NCBI GenBank assembly: GCA_964016885.1 | Contig: OZ024742.1 | Coordinates: 96,968,001 to 97,032,000 of the forward strand | DNA from: Eledone cirrhosa | Lineage: Eukaryota | Length of the DNA: 64,000 bases | Direction: 5' to 3' | In this document: one piece after another, positions 10,738-24,463 of the stretch | How positions within the stretch are numbered: the first letter of the stretch is position 1 | Layout of the letters: each line of letters begins with the position of its first letter | The notes under the pieces: generated by a model | Seen by the model: the letters and a program-made list of their open reading frames with translations, nothing else | The model's database searches: none | What the model was told of the DNA's origin: nothing | Made by a program: the position numbers and the translations under genes

Positions 10738-12564
10738 GGGTGTATTATCTATGTGTATTATATAAATACAGACACACATACTCTCTCTTTGTCTTATCCT
10801 ACCCATAGAGTGCAGAAGGCTTTTCAATTGAGTCATTAACAAACATCGTCCCTGGTGCTGGTATCATAATAAATTGCACCTAATGCACCCCCTAAAGTAG
10901 TAAACAATAAGGAGGGCAAGAAGGATAGCTAGCTGAATCAACACTAAATAGGTTTGAGAGGACCATTCAGTTGCACCAAGGGCTCTATTTATCCAGTATT
11001 GGTTATAGAAAGGGCATCCAACTTTAGAAAACTTGGGAAACAATGGGTAGAGAGGACTCATTATTACATTTGTAGTGCTGGTGCCATGATAAAATGCATG
11101 GTACACTCTGTAGGGTTTGGGAAGATGTGCAAAGCAAGCTGTGGCCCTGGCCCATCTGAGAGAATAGTGGTTCAGGTTAAGTACTGATTTTGCCTATGAA
11201 ACTGTCCAAACTCTGCTAGCAGAGAAAACAGAAGTTAAATGATGATAATAGTATATTTCAGGTTAAAATCTTATTGTCTATGCACTCTGCCACCATGTTA
11301 ACTTTTTAAATGCATTTTCCCTTGAACATTTTTCCTTATCAGTTTTCTATTTATAATAAGTTTTCTGTTGAAGTGTATGACATAAATCGTGGGGTTTGGT
11401 TTCTTGTAGGTGCCTCTGTCCAATTCTTTCTATCTTTAAGGGCAATTTGCCCAATTTTCTCAACTATTATGTATAGTGATCAGCTGTGGTTACAGTTATT
11501 TTCAGTATTTAAGACTCACATTTTCAAATTTATAATTAATACTCTTTCACCTCTAAAGAGCCTTAAGATAATTGTTTCTACTTTTGGCACAAGGCCAGCA
11601 ATTACCCAGTACATTACTGGTACTTTATTTTATCGACCCCGTAAGGATGGAAGGCAAAGTTAACCTCGGCGGGATTTGAACTCAGTTCGTAAAGGGACGT
11701 AACTGTGCTGCAAAGCATGGCGTCTGACCCTCTACCGATACTGCCAATTCACAAGATAATAATATTATATTCTCTACATCCCATTTTGCTGTTGTGTGCA
11801 TTTTACTTGTCTTTTGTTATTTATATATATATATATATAACAAAAGACAAGTAAAATGCAAGTAAAATGCAAAGCGGCTTCCTTGTTCAATCAACTTACC
11901 AGAAGCCTGACATTATTTATGTAAGCGGATGGTACTTGATTTAGGAGCCGCAGAAACCCAAATACTGGATTTTACCAACCTTCCAGGGGTCCGGGTAAAT
12001 TTTTCAATACCCGAATTACTTGATCGTTTTTTTTTGGGGGGGGGGGGGGGCTATGCGAATGATTGTTTAACCATCGTTTCAGTGTGTTTGGCCTTTAACG
12101 TTTGTTATAGCTCTGGTTCATCTGAATCATTGAGCACTTGCCACACATCCCGGAGGGTAATGATTGAGTGGGGTCCATGCATTTAACAAGCGATTAACAA
12201 AAATACAAAATTTGTTCTGTTAAATACGTCCAAAAACCTACGTATTTAGCAATTAATAGAAACAGAAAATGTAGTTTGTTTTAGCGATAGATTGGCTATT
12301 TGGACTTGATACGAACTATGGATTGTTTTGAAAATACGAGAATTAAGATTTGTTGAGGGAGAGAGATGAAGTCTGTACATTACGTTTACATGAATACCGT
12401 GCCCAGCAAGCAATGAAATGAAATTTGGCGAAGTGAATTCCTATCATATATTTATAGAGAGAGAGAGAGAGAGTGAGAGAGAGCGAGGGGAGGGGGCCAC
12501 ATGATGGCTGTGAGTGTTGGGCGTTTGACCGCCCCGTGCCTTCGAAGAAGGAAGAAGGAAAGGA

Positions 12565-12601
<37 letters not shown>

Positions 12602-14431
12602 GGGTGTATTATCTATGTGTATTATATAAATACAGACACACATACTCTCTCTTTGTCTTATCCTACCCATAGAGTGCAGAAGGCTTTTCAATTGAGTCAT
12701 TAACAAACATCGTCCCTGGTGCTGGTATCATAATAAATTGCACCTAATGCACCCCCTAAAGTAGTAAACAATAAGGAGGGCAAGAAGGATAGCTAGCTGA
12801 ATCAACACTAAATAGGTTTGAGAGGACCATTCAGTTGCACCAAGGGCTCTATTTATCCAGTATTGGTTATAGAAAGGGCATCCAACTTTAGAAAACTTGG
12901 GAAACAATGGGTAGAGAGGACTCATTATTACATTTGTAGTGCTGGTGCCATGATAAAATGCATGGTACACTCTGTAGGGTTTGGGAAGATGTGCAAAGCA
13001 AGCTGTGGCCCTGGCCCATCTGAGAGAATAGTGGTTCAGGTTAAGTACTGATTTTGCCTATGAAACTGTCCAAACTCTGCTAGCAGAGAAAACAGAAGTT
13101 AAATGATGATAATAGTATATTTCAGGTTAAAATCTTATTGTCTATGCACTCTGCCACCATGTTAACTTTTTAAATGCATTTTCCCTTGAACATTTTTCCT
13201 TATCAGTTTTCTATTTATAATAAGTTTTCTGTTGAAGTGTATGACATAAATCGTGGGGTTTGGTTTCTTGTAGGTGCCTCTGTCCAATTCTTTCTATCTT
13301 TAAGGGCAATTTGCCCAATTTTCTCAACTATTATGTATAGTGATCAGCTGTGGTTACAGTTATTTTCAGTATTTAAGACTCACATTTTCAAATTTATAAT
13401 TAATACTCTTTCACCTCTAAAGAGCCTTAAGATAATTGTTTCTACTTTTGGCACAAGGCCAGCAATTACCCAGTACATTACTGGTACTTTATTTTATCGA
13501 CCCCGTAAGGATGGAAGGCAAAGTTAACCTCGGCGGGATTTGAACTCAGTTCGTAAAGGGACGTAACTGTGCTGCAAAGCATGGCGTCTGACCCTCTACC
13601 GATACTGCCAATTCACAAGATAATAATATTATATTCTCTACATCCCATTTTGCTGTTGTGTGCATTTTACTTGTCTTTTGTTATTTATATATATATATAT
13701 ATAACAAAAGACAAGTAAAATGCAAGTAAAATGCAAAGCGGCTTCCTTGTTCAATCAACTTACCAGAAGCCTGACATTATTTATGTAAGCGGATGGTACT
13801 TGATTTAGGAGCCGCAGAAACCCAAATACTGGATTTTACCAACCTTCCAGGGGTCCGGGTAAATTTTTCAATACCCGAATTACTTGATCGTTTTTTTTTT
13901 GGGGGGGGGGGGGGGGGCTATGCGAATGATTGTTTAACCATCGTTTCAGTGTGTTTGGCCTTTAACGTTTGTTATAGCTCTGGTTCATCTGAATCATTGA
14001 GCACTTGCCACACATCCCGGAGGGTAATGATTGAGTGGGGTCCATGCATTTAACAAGCGATTAACAAAAATACAAAATTTGTTCTGTTAAATACGTCCAA
14101 AAACCTACGTATTTAGCAATTAATAGAAACAGAAAATGTAGTTTGTTTTAGCGATAGATTGGCTATTTGGACTTGATACGAACTATGGATTGTTTTGAAA
14201 ATACGAGAATTAAGATTTGTTGAGGGAGAGAGATGAAGTCTGTACATTACGTTTACATGAATACCGTGCCCAGCAAGCAATGAAATGAAATTTGGCGAAG
14301 TGAATTCCTATCATATATTTATAGAGAGAGAGAGAGAGAGTGAGAGAGAGCGAGGGGAGGGGGCCACATGATGGCTGTGAGTGTTGGGCGTTTGACCGCC
14401 CCGTGCCTTCGAAGAAGGAAGAAGGAAAGGA

Positions 14432-14468
<37 letters not shown>

Positions 14469-15889
14469 GGGTGTATTATCTATGTGTATTATATAAATAC
14501 AGACACACATACTCTCTCTTTGTCTTATCCTACCCATAGAGTGCAGAAGGCTTTTCAATTGAGTCATTAACAAACATCGTCCCTGGTGCTGGTATCATAA
14601 TAAATTGCACCTAATGCACCCCCTAAAGTAGTAAACAATAAGGAGGGCAAGAAGGATAGCTAGCTGAATCAACACTAAATAGGTTTGAGAGGACCATTCA
14701 GTTGCACCAAGGGCTCTATTTATCCAGTATTGGTTATAGAAAGGGCATCCAACTTTAGAAAACTTGGGAAACAATGGGTAGAGAGGACTCATTATTACAT
14801 TTGTAGTGCTGGTGCCATGATAAAATGCATGGTACACTCTGTAGGGTTTGGGAAGATGTGCAAAGCAAGCTGTGGCCCTGGCCCATCTGAGAGAATAGTG
14901 GTTCAGGTTAAGTACTGATTTTGCCTATGAAACTGTCCAAACTCTGCTAGCAGAGAAAACAGAAGTTAAATGATGATAATAGTATATTTCAGGTTAAAAT
15001 CTTATTGTCTATGCACTCTGCCACCATGTTAACTTTTTAAATGCATTTTCCCTTGAACATTTTTCCTTATCAGTTTTCTATTTATAATAAGTTTTCTGTT
15101 GAAGTGTATGACATAAATCGTGGGGTTTGGTTTCTTGTAGGTGCCTCTGTCCAATTCTTTCTATCTTTAAGGGCAATTTGCCCAATTTTCTCAACTATTA
15201 TGTATAGTGATCAGCTGTGGTTACAGTTATTTTCAGTATTTAAGACTCACATTTTCAAATTTATAATTAATACTCTTTCACCTCTAAAGAGCCTTAAGAT
15301 AATTGTTTCTACTTTTGGCACAAGGCCAGCAATTACCCAGTACATTACTGGTACTTTATTTTATCGACCCCGTAAGGATGGAAGGCAAAGTTAACCTCGG
15401 CGGGATTTGAACTCAGTTCGTAAAGGGACGTAACTGTGCTGCAAAGCATGGCGTCTGACCCTCTACCGATACTGCCAATTCACAAGATAATAATATTATA
15501 TTCTCTACATCCCATTTTGCTGTTGTGTGCATTTTACTTGTCTTTTGTTATTTATATATATATATATATAACAAAAGACAAGTAAAATGCAAGTAAAATG
15601 CAAAGCGGCTTCCTTGTTCAATCAACTTACCAGAAGCCTGACATTATTTATGTAAGCGGATGGTACTTGATTTAGGAGCCGCAGAAACCCAAATACTGGA
15701 TTTTACCAACCTTCCAGGGGTCCGGGTAAATTTTTCAATACCCGAATTACTTGATCGTTTTTTTTTTGGGGGGGGGGGGGGGGGCTATGCGAATGATTGT
15801 TTAACCATCGTTTCAGTGTGTTTGGCCTTTAACGTTTGTTATAGCTCTGGTTCATCTGAATCATTGAGCACTTGCCACACATCTCGGAG
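10292..15889. repeat. Three-copy head-to-tail tandem array, unit 1864-1867 bp
   Basis: Units 10292-12155, 12156-14022 and 14023-15889. ORF-track entries repeat at offsets 1864 and 1867. Differences seen only in the Tn/Gn homopolymer and C>T at 15884. Confidence 0.97.
11568..11752 (-). mobile_element. tRNA-derived SINE with Meta-like central domain (copies at 13432-13616 and 15299-15483)
   Basis: A box TGGCAGTATCGG, B box GAGTTCAAATCC, core GAGGTTAACTTTGCCTTCCATCCTTACGGGGTCGATAAAATAAAGTACCAG, tail GTAGAAACAATTAT. Confidence 0.85.
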
Positions 15890-16420
15890 GTTGTTTTTCG
15901 TTATTTCGTGGGCCGAAATGCGAATCTCGATAATTTATGTTTTTATATATATATAGATATATTATTGTGCTTGTGTATATATTTATTTATTTATTTATTT
16001 ACATTTCTCTTAAGTCAGTATTGTTTGTTTGGGTGTTGTTGTTATTCCATTCATTTTTTCTGTTTAGCTTTGGCCTTCTAAGCTCTATTTCGCTTGCCTT
16101 TCTGATTTGCCTATCTGCTGGGTCATTTCTATGTTTAGATATTATTTTAATTTCTATGTTGTCTATATTACCGTCATGTTGTTGTCTTGCATGTTCGTAT
16201 AAATATATACACAAGCACAATAACAACAAACACATATAAACACACACTAGTAAACTAAGATAGAATACAATAACCAAAACACAGTCACCCAAATGCGAAC
16301 ACATACCAAACACTATACACACACGCAAACGCATGCGCAGAGAAGAAGACAAAATAAATAAATAAATAGATAAAATAAAAAGGGTGTAGACATACAATAC
16401 AACGGGAGGAACATAATAGT

Positions 16421-16464
16421 ACCACTGATGATGTTGCAGATGTGCAACAAAAGAACTTTGTTAG
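16421..16464 (+). ncRNA. Degenerate type-I minimal hammerhead ribozyme motif
   Basis: acca-CTGATGA-t-GTTGCA-gatg-TGCAAC-AAAA(for GAAA)-G-aa-C-T-T-tgtt; perfect 6-bp stem II. Confidence 0.55.
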
Positions 16465-16662
16465 ACTATATATATGTGTTTATATCTATATTATATCTGT
16501 AATTTTTACCGTTGGTCGGTTAATGATAAACATTGAGGACCAAATGAATTAACTGTGGAAATATAAAAGATACAGAAGTGAAAACCAACCAAACAGTGAG
16601 TGTGTTCTGTTATTATTTCTGGCAATATTATTACAACAATATGACACTCCCCAAGTATAAAA

Positions 16663-16694
<32 letters not shown>

Positions 16695-16962
16695 TACTTT
16701 GAATGTGTTTTCGCACATATTATCTCACATATTTAATGAGATGCCGAGGAAGAGTCGGGCCCCTGTTATTTTGATTAAAACGATTGTAATATGCCAATAA
16801 AGTTCATATATATGCTGCAACTGTGACTTAAATTCTACTTACTTTTATTTACATCTTGCACACTACAGCTGCCTTAACTCAATACCAGATGGCCCTTGTA
16901 ATGACATTGAGTGTTTAGAGTAGCAACTCCTGAAAATGTTGTTACATTCTTAACTAATATAT

Positions 16963-17112
16963 ATATACCTATTGCAACAAATTAGTAATGTAGACATAGC
17001 ACTATATTATGATGATGGCCTAGACGTAGCTTCAAAATTAAGTGGCCACAATATGACCAATTTAAAGAAAATGCTGATTAATATATTCAGAATGTAGGAT
17101 TTGTTCTTTAAC
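16963..17112 (+). pseudogene. PLE reverse transcriptase catalytic fragment
   Basis: Translates IYLLQQISNVDIALYYDDGLDVASKLSGHNMTNLKKMLINIFR, resembling the LY(R)DDGL..SG..KKLIKIF motif of PLE RTs. Confidence 0.65.
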
Positions 17113-17409
17113 ATTCGAAGCACACAGAAGAAAAGTCAGTGTAGTAGGATACCAGACCAGCATTAATAAATTATTAATCTTTAATATTATTAATCTGTGT
17201 ACTCATTTTTTTAGTACAATATAATGCTCCCCGCACACCTTGTAAATTGGGTGGTATTAGGGAGATCATTTAGCCAAAAACATAACATATGAGCAAGTGC
17301 TAGTCACCTGATCAGTTGACCTTCATGCAAGCATGGAAAGTAGATGTTTAACAATGATAATAGTGATATATGTATATATATGGGTGTATGTTTATACAGA
17401 TATCAATAT

Positions 17410-17770
17410 CATCATTATTTGAAGTTTGTTTCTTTTGTTACTTGCATGAGTTGAATGTGTCTTTTCAAGCACATTTTCATTGTGTTTGTGAGGTTCTGTT
17501 TTGTGATATCAGCTTTCCCCATTTCTTTCCAAACCATCCTTGATATTCTTCTTCCAGTTGGATTGCACTTGGTTCTTCTTTAACCAACTATCCTCCTAAA
17601 TAGATGCACCACATTTGTATTAGCTCAGACTTCTGTCTTCCAAATTACATTTAATTCTTCTTATATCCAGTTTTTCCCTCAGATTATTTGTACCCATCAT
17701 TCATCCACACTAACATTACATATCCAGTAGCTAATGTTTGCGTAATTTTGTTCTTTCTCTTACAAATACT
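17410..17770 (-). mobile_element. Highly decayed RTE 3' fragment
   Basis: Minus-strand remnants of the WICNV and GRRISRMVW motifs; CAT-rich tail near 17410. Confidence 0.45.
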
Positions 17771-19208
17771 CCATATTTTCATCATCATTGTATTTGATTT
17801 TATGTTGAGTTTTCCATGCTGGCATGGAATAGATGGAACATTTTAGCCTAGTTTTAGTAGCATCTTATGATATGCAGGCATACAGTGTATTTACTCTAAA
17901 CTAGATATACAGTTACATACATACATCATTATTATCAAATTTCTGAAAGCGTTTCTTCTAGGCTATCATTTAAGCATACATGCAACATTATATTTGGTTT
18001 GTAAAACACAAGAATCTTATATAGTTGTAAAAATAGTGTTTGACAACACTGAAAATATATACCCTATCTGTCCATAGTGCTGTCTGTCTGGAAGTCTCCC
18101 CCTTTCTCATGTTTTTCAATAGGAGTAAGTGGACTTGTAGCAGTTTATGTGGAGCATTAAAGGCATCAATATCTCTTGTAAATCAATATTATTAAGCTGG
18201 TGTTTGAAGCGTAACTTAATAAATGTTCTTGTATAAAATTATGATGATAGCTTTGTAAATAAATATAAATACTTTAATCTGTGACGGCCATGGACACTGC
18301 CCCTTCCTCCAAACCTACCAAATAATAATAATAATAAATGATATAAAAGAAAAATGAGAAAGTTTCCACTCTTGCAGACTAGTAGTATACATTCATTGAA
18401 ATATAAAGGTAGAACTGGTTACTGAAGAGAAAGCAGTAGAATACACCAATTTAAATATAGTGTAGCTTTGGCACTTGAAGATAATTGGAGAATAGTAAAT
18501 TATATTTTAGTGTTGCCAGAAACAGGAATAAATGGAGTTTAATAGCTGAGCCAACATACGTATAATACTCTCGTAAAAATCTCATCTCAGACGAATGACC
18601 ATCCCCCGCAGGAAATATCAATAAATGATCAAAGTGTTTGAAATACTTAGAAAATATCACATTTTTGGAGTTAATCTCATGTGACTTTCACAGCTTCCCG
18701 TTTTCTCTCTGATATTGTCATTCAATATACCTTCCTAAATCTCCCTACCCCTCCTCCCCACTTCCATTACTACTCCAACACTACTACCATCTAAATTTAG
18801 CCATGTTATCAAATGAACTTAGTTAAAAGTTTTAGTCAAATAACAGCTTTTTCATCAACAGCTTAATTACAATTATATAGATGTTATTGTTGTTTCCATT
18901 GTTGTTGCTTCTAACTTTTACATTTGTTGTTTTGGTTATCACTGAAGTTTTTATTAATATTATTATGATAGTTTCATGTAAGTTTCTACAGCATCATCTG
19001 TTGCACCTCCCTGTTCATAAGTGTAGGCTGGACTGTGTGTTCTTATTTTTATGGAGAAGGTTGTGGTATAAATTCAACTTGTTAGTGTACAAATTTATTG
19101 TTTCTTGTGTTAGTTTAGAGATTGTTCTGTTGCATATGGTGTATGTGTGATGTGATTTATGTTATTTTATTGGGTATAAATCTTGTATTGTGTGAGCTGT
19201 GTTGTTTT

Positions 19209-20560
19209 GAGGAAGCTATCACTGAAAGGTCGCACGGAGGTGGTGAATGTGTACATTGCGTCCGTCATCTACTACCGCCTGACTGTCGTGCCTTGCCCCC
19301 GTCTGCACCTCATCAAGTTGGAATGGCTCCTCTTCAAATTCTTGTGGAGGAGACAAATTCCGTTGGGGAGACGGTCCATCTGCTGCCAGCACCCTCTACG
19401 CAGAGGGCTGGGCATGCCGTGGCTAATGATGCGCAGACATGCGTTGAGGTTGCGACATCTCCAAATATTCTTCCTAAATGGTGAACAGGTGTGGTCGCCA
19501 TTTATCAGATGGTCCTTTCGGCAGCTCATTTCTTTGACTGAGCTGCAGTCCTGGGTCAAGAAGAGACCGACACTGGGTGACTGGCACCTGAAATATTGCC
19601 AGGCACTCACTGCCCTCTACCAAGCAGGCAATGCAATCAGTGGAACTTCCACTCTCGAGTTCTATAGAAGATCAGTGGTGGGGAAGTGCGATGACGCCCT
19701 CGGAGAAGCTTGGGACCTTGATGAAGTCGAACTGACCAGTCTGTACCGGAGGACTTTTAAGAAATCCCTCACTTTGCAGTGCTACCGGGGGCACTGTCAG
19801 TTCGGGATAAACTCTACAGGCATGGAAGTGCTGTCAGACAGACCTGCCCAAGATGCGCACAGAACGACGAACCATTCTGCACACACTTGTCCAATGTCCA
19901 TGCATTACTGATTTGTGGAGTTATGTCGAACAGCTACTGTTGCGTGTGGAACGAATCCGTCTATCGGCCGAGTCCATAGTGAAGATCGACTCGCCGCCTT
20001 CCTTAGGTCAGGAAGTGCAGGAAATTTTCCCCTGTCTGGTGGCAGTTGCAAAAGAGGTTATATGGTGGACCAGATTAAAAGGACTGAAGACAGACACTTT
20101 TCTCTTTGGCCAATCCCTCATCAACTTCTTCAAGTTTCACCTGGAAAGGAAGGTGAGGGTGGAGAGAGAAGTGCTGCCCCCCAGTACATTTGCTAAAAGG
20201 TGGATGAATGTGGCGAGAATGGCTCATGTGAATGGGCCTACTCTGACCATGCGCCTATAGGCTAGTTAACTTGAGGAGAGGGGTGCTCTCCCTGGGTGCC
20301 CTAGAAGCGCAGGGTGGTTCAGGATTGGTGGGGTACCCGAGTCACCCTAGGGTCGTCCACCCCCTATTGGGGAATTTATTTTGTTATATTTATGCATAAT
20401 TTATTTTATATTTTTATATCTTCATTGTAAATTAGTCTTGCCATTGTGCACTTTTACTCAACCTTATTGTAAACCCCCCACTGTCCCTGTCTTTGTATTG
20501 TCCTCTACATGTCGGCCCTTGTGGCTAATAAATGAAATCATTATTATTATTATAATTATT
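19209..20560 (+). mobile_element. 5'-truncated Tx1/L1-like LINE (post-RT region and zf-RVT zinc finger)
   Basis: RKLSLKGR..VIYYRL..LFKFLW..GLGMPWL, LSVRDKL..TCPRC..TILHTLVQCP..LWSYV with frameshifts; AATAAA and (TAT)n tail. Confidence 0.85.
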
Positions 20561-22010
20561 GGAGTCTCAGTCATTGATGTTATTCAACTGGAAAGTTTGT
20601 TCAAATGAATATCAAGCCGCTACCTGCAGCCTCAGATATTCAGGATGTATCGGAGAGTTCTTGCTGTTCTCAGCAAGTATGTCTTTTGAAGTGTTCCAAA
20701 AAAGGCGGCTGGACTAACGTACTTTAACCATCCTTGAAAACTATTTGAGATAGTACCTAGTGCTCCTATGACAATCGGGACGACCTTGATCTTATGACAG
20801 TCCCAAATTCTTTTTATTCCCACTTTAAATCCTGGTATTGTTTAATTTTCTCTTTCTCCTTTTCTTGCACTCTTGTGTCAAAGGGGCAGGCTACATCTAC
20901 AATCAAGCACAATCTTTTTTCCTTGTCAAAAACCACCAGGTCAGGGCTATTATGTTCTAATTTCTTCTCTGTCTGTATCCTGATTGTTTTCTATCACCGA
21001 CTCTCGCTTATGCTCTAGCACTTCCCAGAACGTGGTAAATTATTTAGTTTGCATAAAAGCCAGTGAATACCCTTCCTATCATATCATGCCTCTAGCCTTT
21101 ATAGTGCATGTGGGCTAGATGTTTACACTTGGATACGATATGAGCCACAGTCTCCTCTCTCTACACACAGACTACAGAGTCAGCTAGCCTCCTATTTGTT
21201 AATGTGGTGTTTCACCCACTTCGTTCTGAGGGCTTGCTCTTGTGCAGCCATTAACATTGCTTCTGTAGCTTTTTTAAGGTTTCCTCTTTTTAACCAGTTC
21301 CATGTCTGTGGATCTCTGAATTCCATTTTCTTAAAAAAGTGCTATGAAGGGATTTTTCATGAAGGTTGCTCTTCCTCTTTGTTGTTATTTTCTCCTTGGA
21401 CATCCCCTGGTCTACTGTCTTCTACTTCAGTACAACTTTGAGCATTGGCTACCTACTCTCAGACACATATTTGTGAAGACTGCTTTTCTTCATCTGAACA
21501 CAGTCCTCTATGCTGATAAGACCTCTTCCACCTTCAGATTTCTTTAAGTAGAGTCTATCATCATCATTTCTTTAAGTAGAGTCTATACTCCTCTTGTGGA
21601 ACATGCTGTATGTAGTCATTAGCTTCCTACTCTTTCTATCCATTTCCTTTTGTTCAGTAACATTCCATTTCATAATTCTGTACCTAATAATAGATACAGC
21701 TCAGGAATTTACTGCACTTATAACATTCCTAGTATTTAGATGTAATTTTAGTATGTTCCTTACTCTCCTTATGTATTCAGATCTTATCAATTTTATTGTT
21801 CTTGATGTCATCTGCCTCTAGAACAACCAAATATTTGTATCCCTCTTCAGTGTCAATTTCCTTTATGATCTCACCTGTTGGTACCTGGATTCCATTGCTT
21901 GTGTTCAATTTACTTCTCTTCATCACTAGGACTCCACACTTATTACCACAAAATTCCATACATATATCATTGCTGAAAATACGGACAGTGTTAACAAGTA
22001 CATCCAACTC
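20561..22010 (-). mobile_element. 5'-truncated R4/Dong-like LINE with restriction-like endonuclease
   Basis: ELDVLVNTVRIFSNDICMEF..EGYKYL, AAQEQALRT, PDLVVFDKE..IVDVACPFD, KIKVVPIVIGALG..LQK..LLRTARTLRYIL; its 3' end lies in (TAA)n, tail-to-tail with the Tx1-like copy. Confidence 0.85.
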
Positions 22011-22210
22011 CTTCTTAACCAGAAGGTGACCCAGGAGTAGACCCTGAGCAAGATGGTTGGATAACATCCATGAGCTTGGCTGGTTTCTCTTGGGGATCCA
22101 GCTGGATCAGATAGAGATGGTTGCTTCTGACAGGACCCATTGGAAAGAGTGTTTGGGGACAATGCCCCCACGAACCTCTCAGGAAAAAGTGGGCTCAGAA
22201 GAAGAAGATA
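22010..22210 (+). mobile_element. 3' end of a different (Expander/Rex3-like) RTE
   Basis: Translates RP..RWLDNIHELGWFLLGIQLDQIEMVASDRTHWKECLGTMPPR, followed by a (GAA)n tail. Confidence 0.55.
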
Positions 22211-22229
22211 ATCATTATTAATATTATTA

Positions 22230-23030
22230 TTAGGACAGTGTATTGGCAGAGTGTCAGACAAAATACTTTGTAGCATTTGCTTTCTGAATTCAACCATGCT
22301 GGTGTCAACTTGGTATTTTGTCCTTTCAGTGTCAAAAAAATAAAATGCTGCTCAAGTGCCAACATTAAACACCAGTGGATTAACAATATTGATAGAGTGT
22401 AGGACAAAATACTTTGCTGCATTTATTATTATATTGTACTTTGATTTTTAAAATTTACAGTTCATTCCTTTATCATTTCTAAGGTTAGGAATTTTGGGAG
22501 CGAGAAATTGATTAAATCAACCCCAGTCCTTGACTGCTACTTTATTTTACCAATGCCAAAAGGATGAAGCGTAAAATAGACCTTCGTGGGATTTGAATTC
22601 ACAATGTAGAGCTGAAATGAATGTCAGAAAACATTATCTTTGATGCTCTAATAATTCTGCCAATCCACCCTTTTTCCATAATAATTGTTTCTACTTTTGG
22701 CACAAGGCCAGCAATTTCCCCAGTTCATTACAGGTGCTTTATATTATTGATCCTGTAAGGATAAAAGGCCCATAACTCTATGCTGCAAAGCATGGTGTCT
22801 GATGCTGTACCAATACTTTCAATCCACCACCTTAATAATTGTTTCTACTATTGGCACAAGGCCAGCAAGTACCCAGTACATTACTGGTACTTTATTTTAT
22901 CGACCCCCATAAGAATGAAAGCAAAGTTAACCTCGGCGGGATTTGAACTCAAAATGGCAACGGCCATAACTCTATGCATCAAAGCATGGCGTCCAACCCT
23001 CTACCGATACTGCCAATCCACCACCTTTAA
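22230..23030 (-). mobile_element. Cluster of Meta-like tRNA SINE copies of differing ages
   Basis: Repeated TTGTTTCTAC..GGCACAAGGCCAGC and GGATTTGAACTC motifs at ~22250, 22480, 22681 and 22835. Confidence 0.75.
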
Positions 23031-23229
23031 TAATACATACCAGTATGTGTGATAATGAGTTTGTTAGTTCTCTGCTTACCCCTTTCTTCCTGCTTGAGTC
23101 AGAATGTATTCTGCTGCAATTAATATTGCATTTGAGAGCTTTTATTTTATATAAGCACATAACATATCGTTTATAGTTATTTCTTCATCAATGTGGTAAC
23201 AGAAGAGACATCAAATAATTTCATTGCTT

Positions 23230-23462
23230 TGCTTATTTTTAATTGTTACTGCTGTTGGTGTTACTGATGTTGTTGTTGTTGTTGATGTTGTTAGTGTTGT
23301 TGTTAGTGTTGTTGTTGCTATTGTTATTGATGTTGTTGGTGGTGGTATAATAGCTAATGTTGTTATTGCTGTTAATGTTGCTGTTGTTGTTATTGGCATT
23401 GTTGCTGTTGTTGCTCTTGGTATTGATATTGTTTTGTTGCTTTTGCTGTTTTTGTTGCTGTT
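23230..23462. repeat. Degenerate (GTT)n repeat
   Basis: Seen directly; source of the poly-V and poly-T pseudo-ORFs. Confidence 0.9.
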
Positions 23463-24341
23463 AATATGATGAGTCAATAAATTGAACTCACAACCTGGGC
23501 CTCAATAACCAACTGGAACCCATTTAGAGAACCTTGTTAATGCACTTTAACAATATAGCTTTTTTTCATCTTCCCTAATATATTCTTTGATGTTTCATGG
23601 TTTCAGCACGTAACTGATAGATTGGGTAGTGATGGTCGGGGAGGTAAGAAACATTAGAGTGGTCTCGTAAATAATTTACACTATTTAATTTTACCCCTTC
23701 ATATTGTAAGTTCAAAACCCTTTGGGAGGTAAGTGTTTGACTTTTCCATCTATGTCGCTAAGGTTGATAAGCCTTTCCACCAATAACTATAATGTAAAAA
23801 CAGCAGTTAAAACAATCATTACCACCTAATCCCCATCATCATCATCTCCTTCTTAATCACCACCATCATCATTATCAGCCACATCTTTATCACCACATCT
23901 TCACACTCACCATCATAGTACATATATTTTCCATGCTGGCATGGGTTGTATGGTTCATCATAGACTGAGACTAAGCAGGCTGGAGAACTATGTCTTATTC
24001 ATACACTCCATATTCTGGCATAGGTGTTAGTGCTGGATACACTTCATAACACCAGTCATTTAACAAAGTGTACTGGGAGCTCAACATACTAAAATCCTTG
24101 AAAAGAAAAGACATATTTAATAATGTAATCTTAGAAACTCCTAAAAGTAGGATGAGCTGGTTATGGTATCAATACCTTCCATCATATGTCTGCTCAGTAA
24201 GAACTGACCTAGAGGTAAAGACAACAACAACAACCTTTCCTCAATCAATTATACCCACTCAAAGCCAAAAAGGCTGATTTTATGTTTCACCATCTTTTTC
24301 ATCCTACACCCACTTTAATTCTCCCCCAAAATGCATGCCCA

Positions 24342-24463
<122 letters not shown>

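Noticed and set aside
10609-15956. Triplicated small ORFs looking like a repeated gene cassette
   Set aside because: They repeat only because the DNA is triplicated, and several run through SINE or microsatellite sequence.
18451-18690. Possible minus-strand coding exon ending at a GTATGT donor
   Set aside because: In-frame stop just upstream, no pyrimidine-rich acceptor and no recognisable homology.
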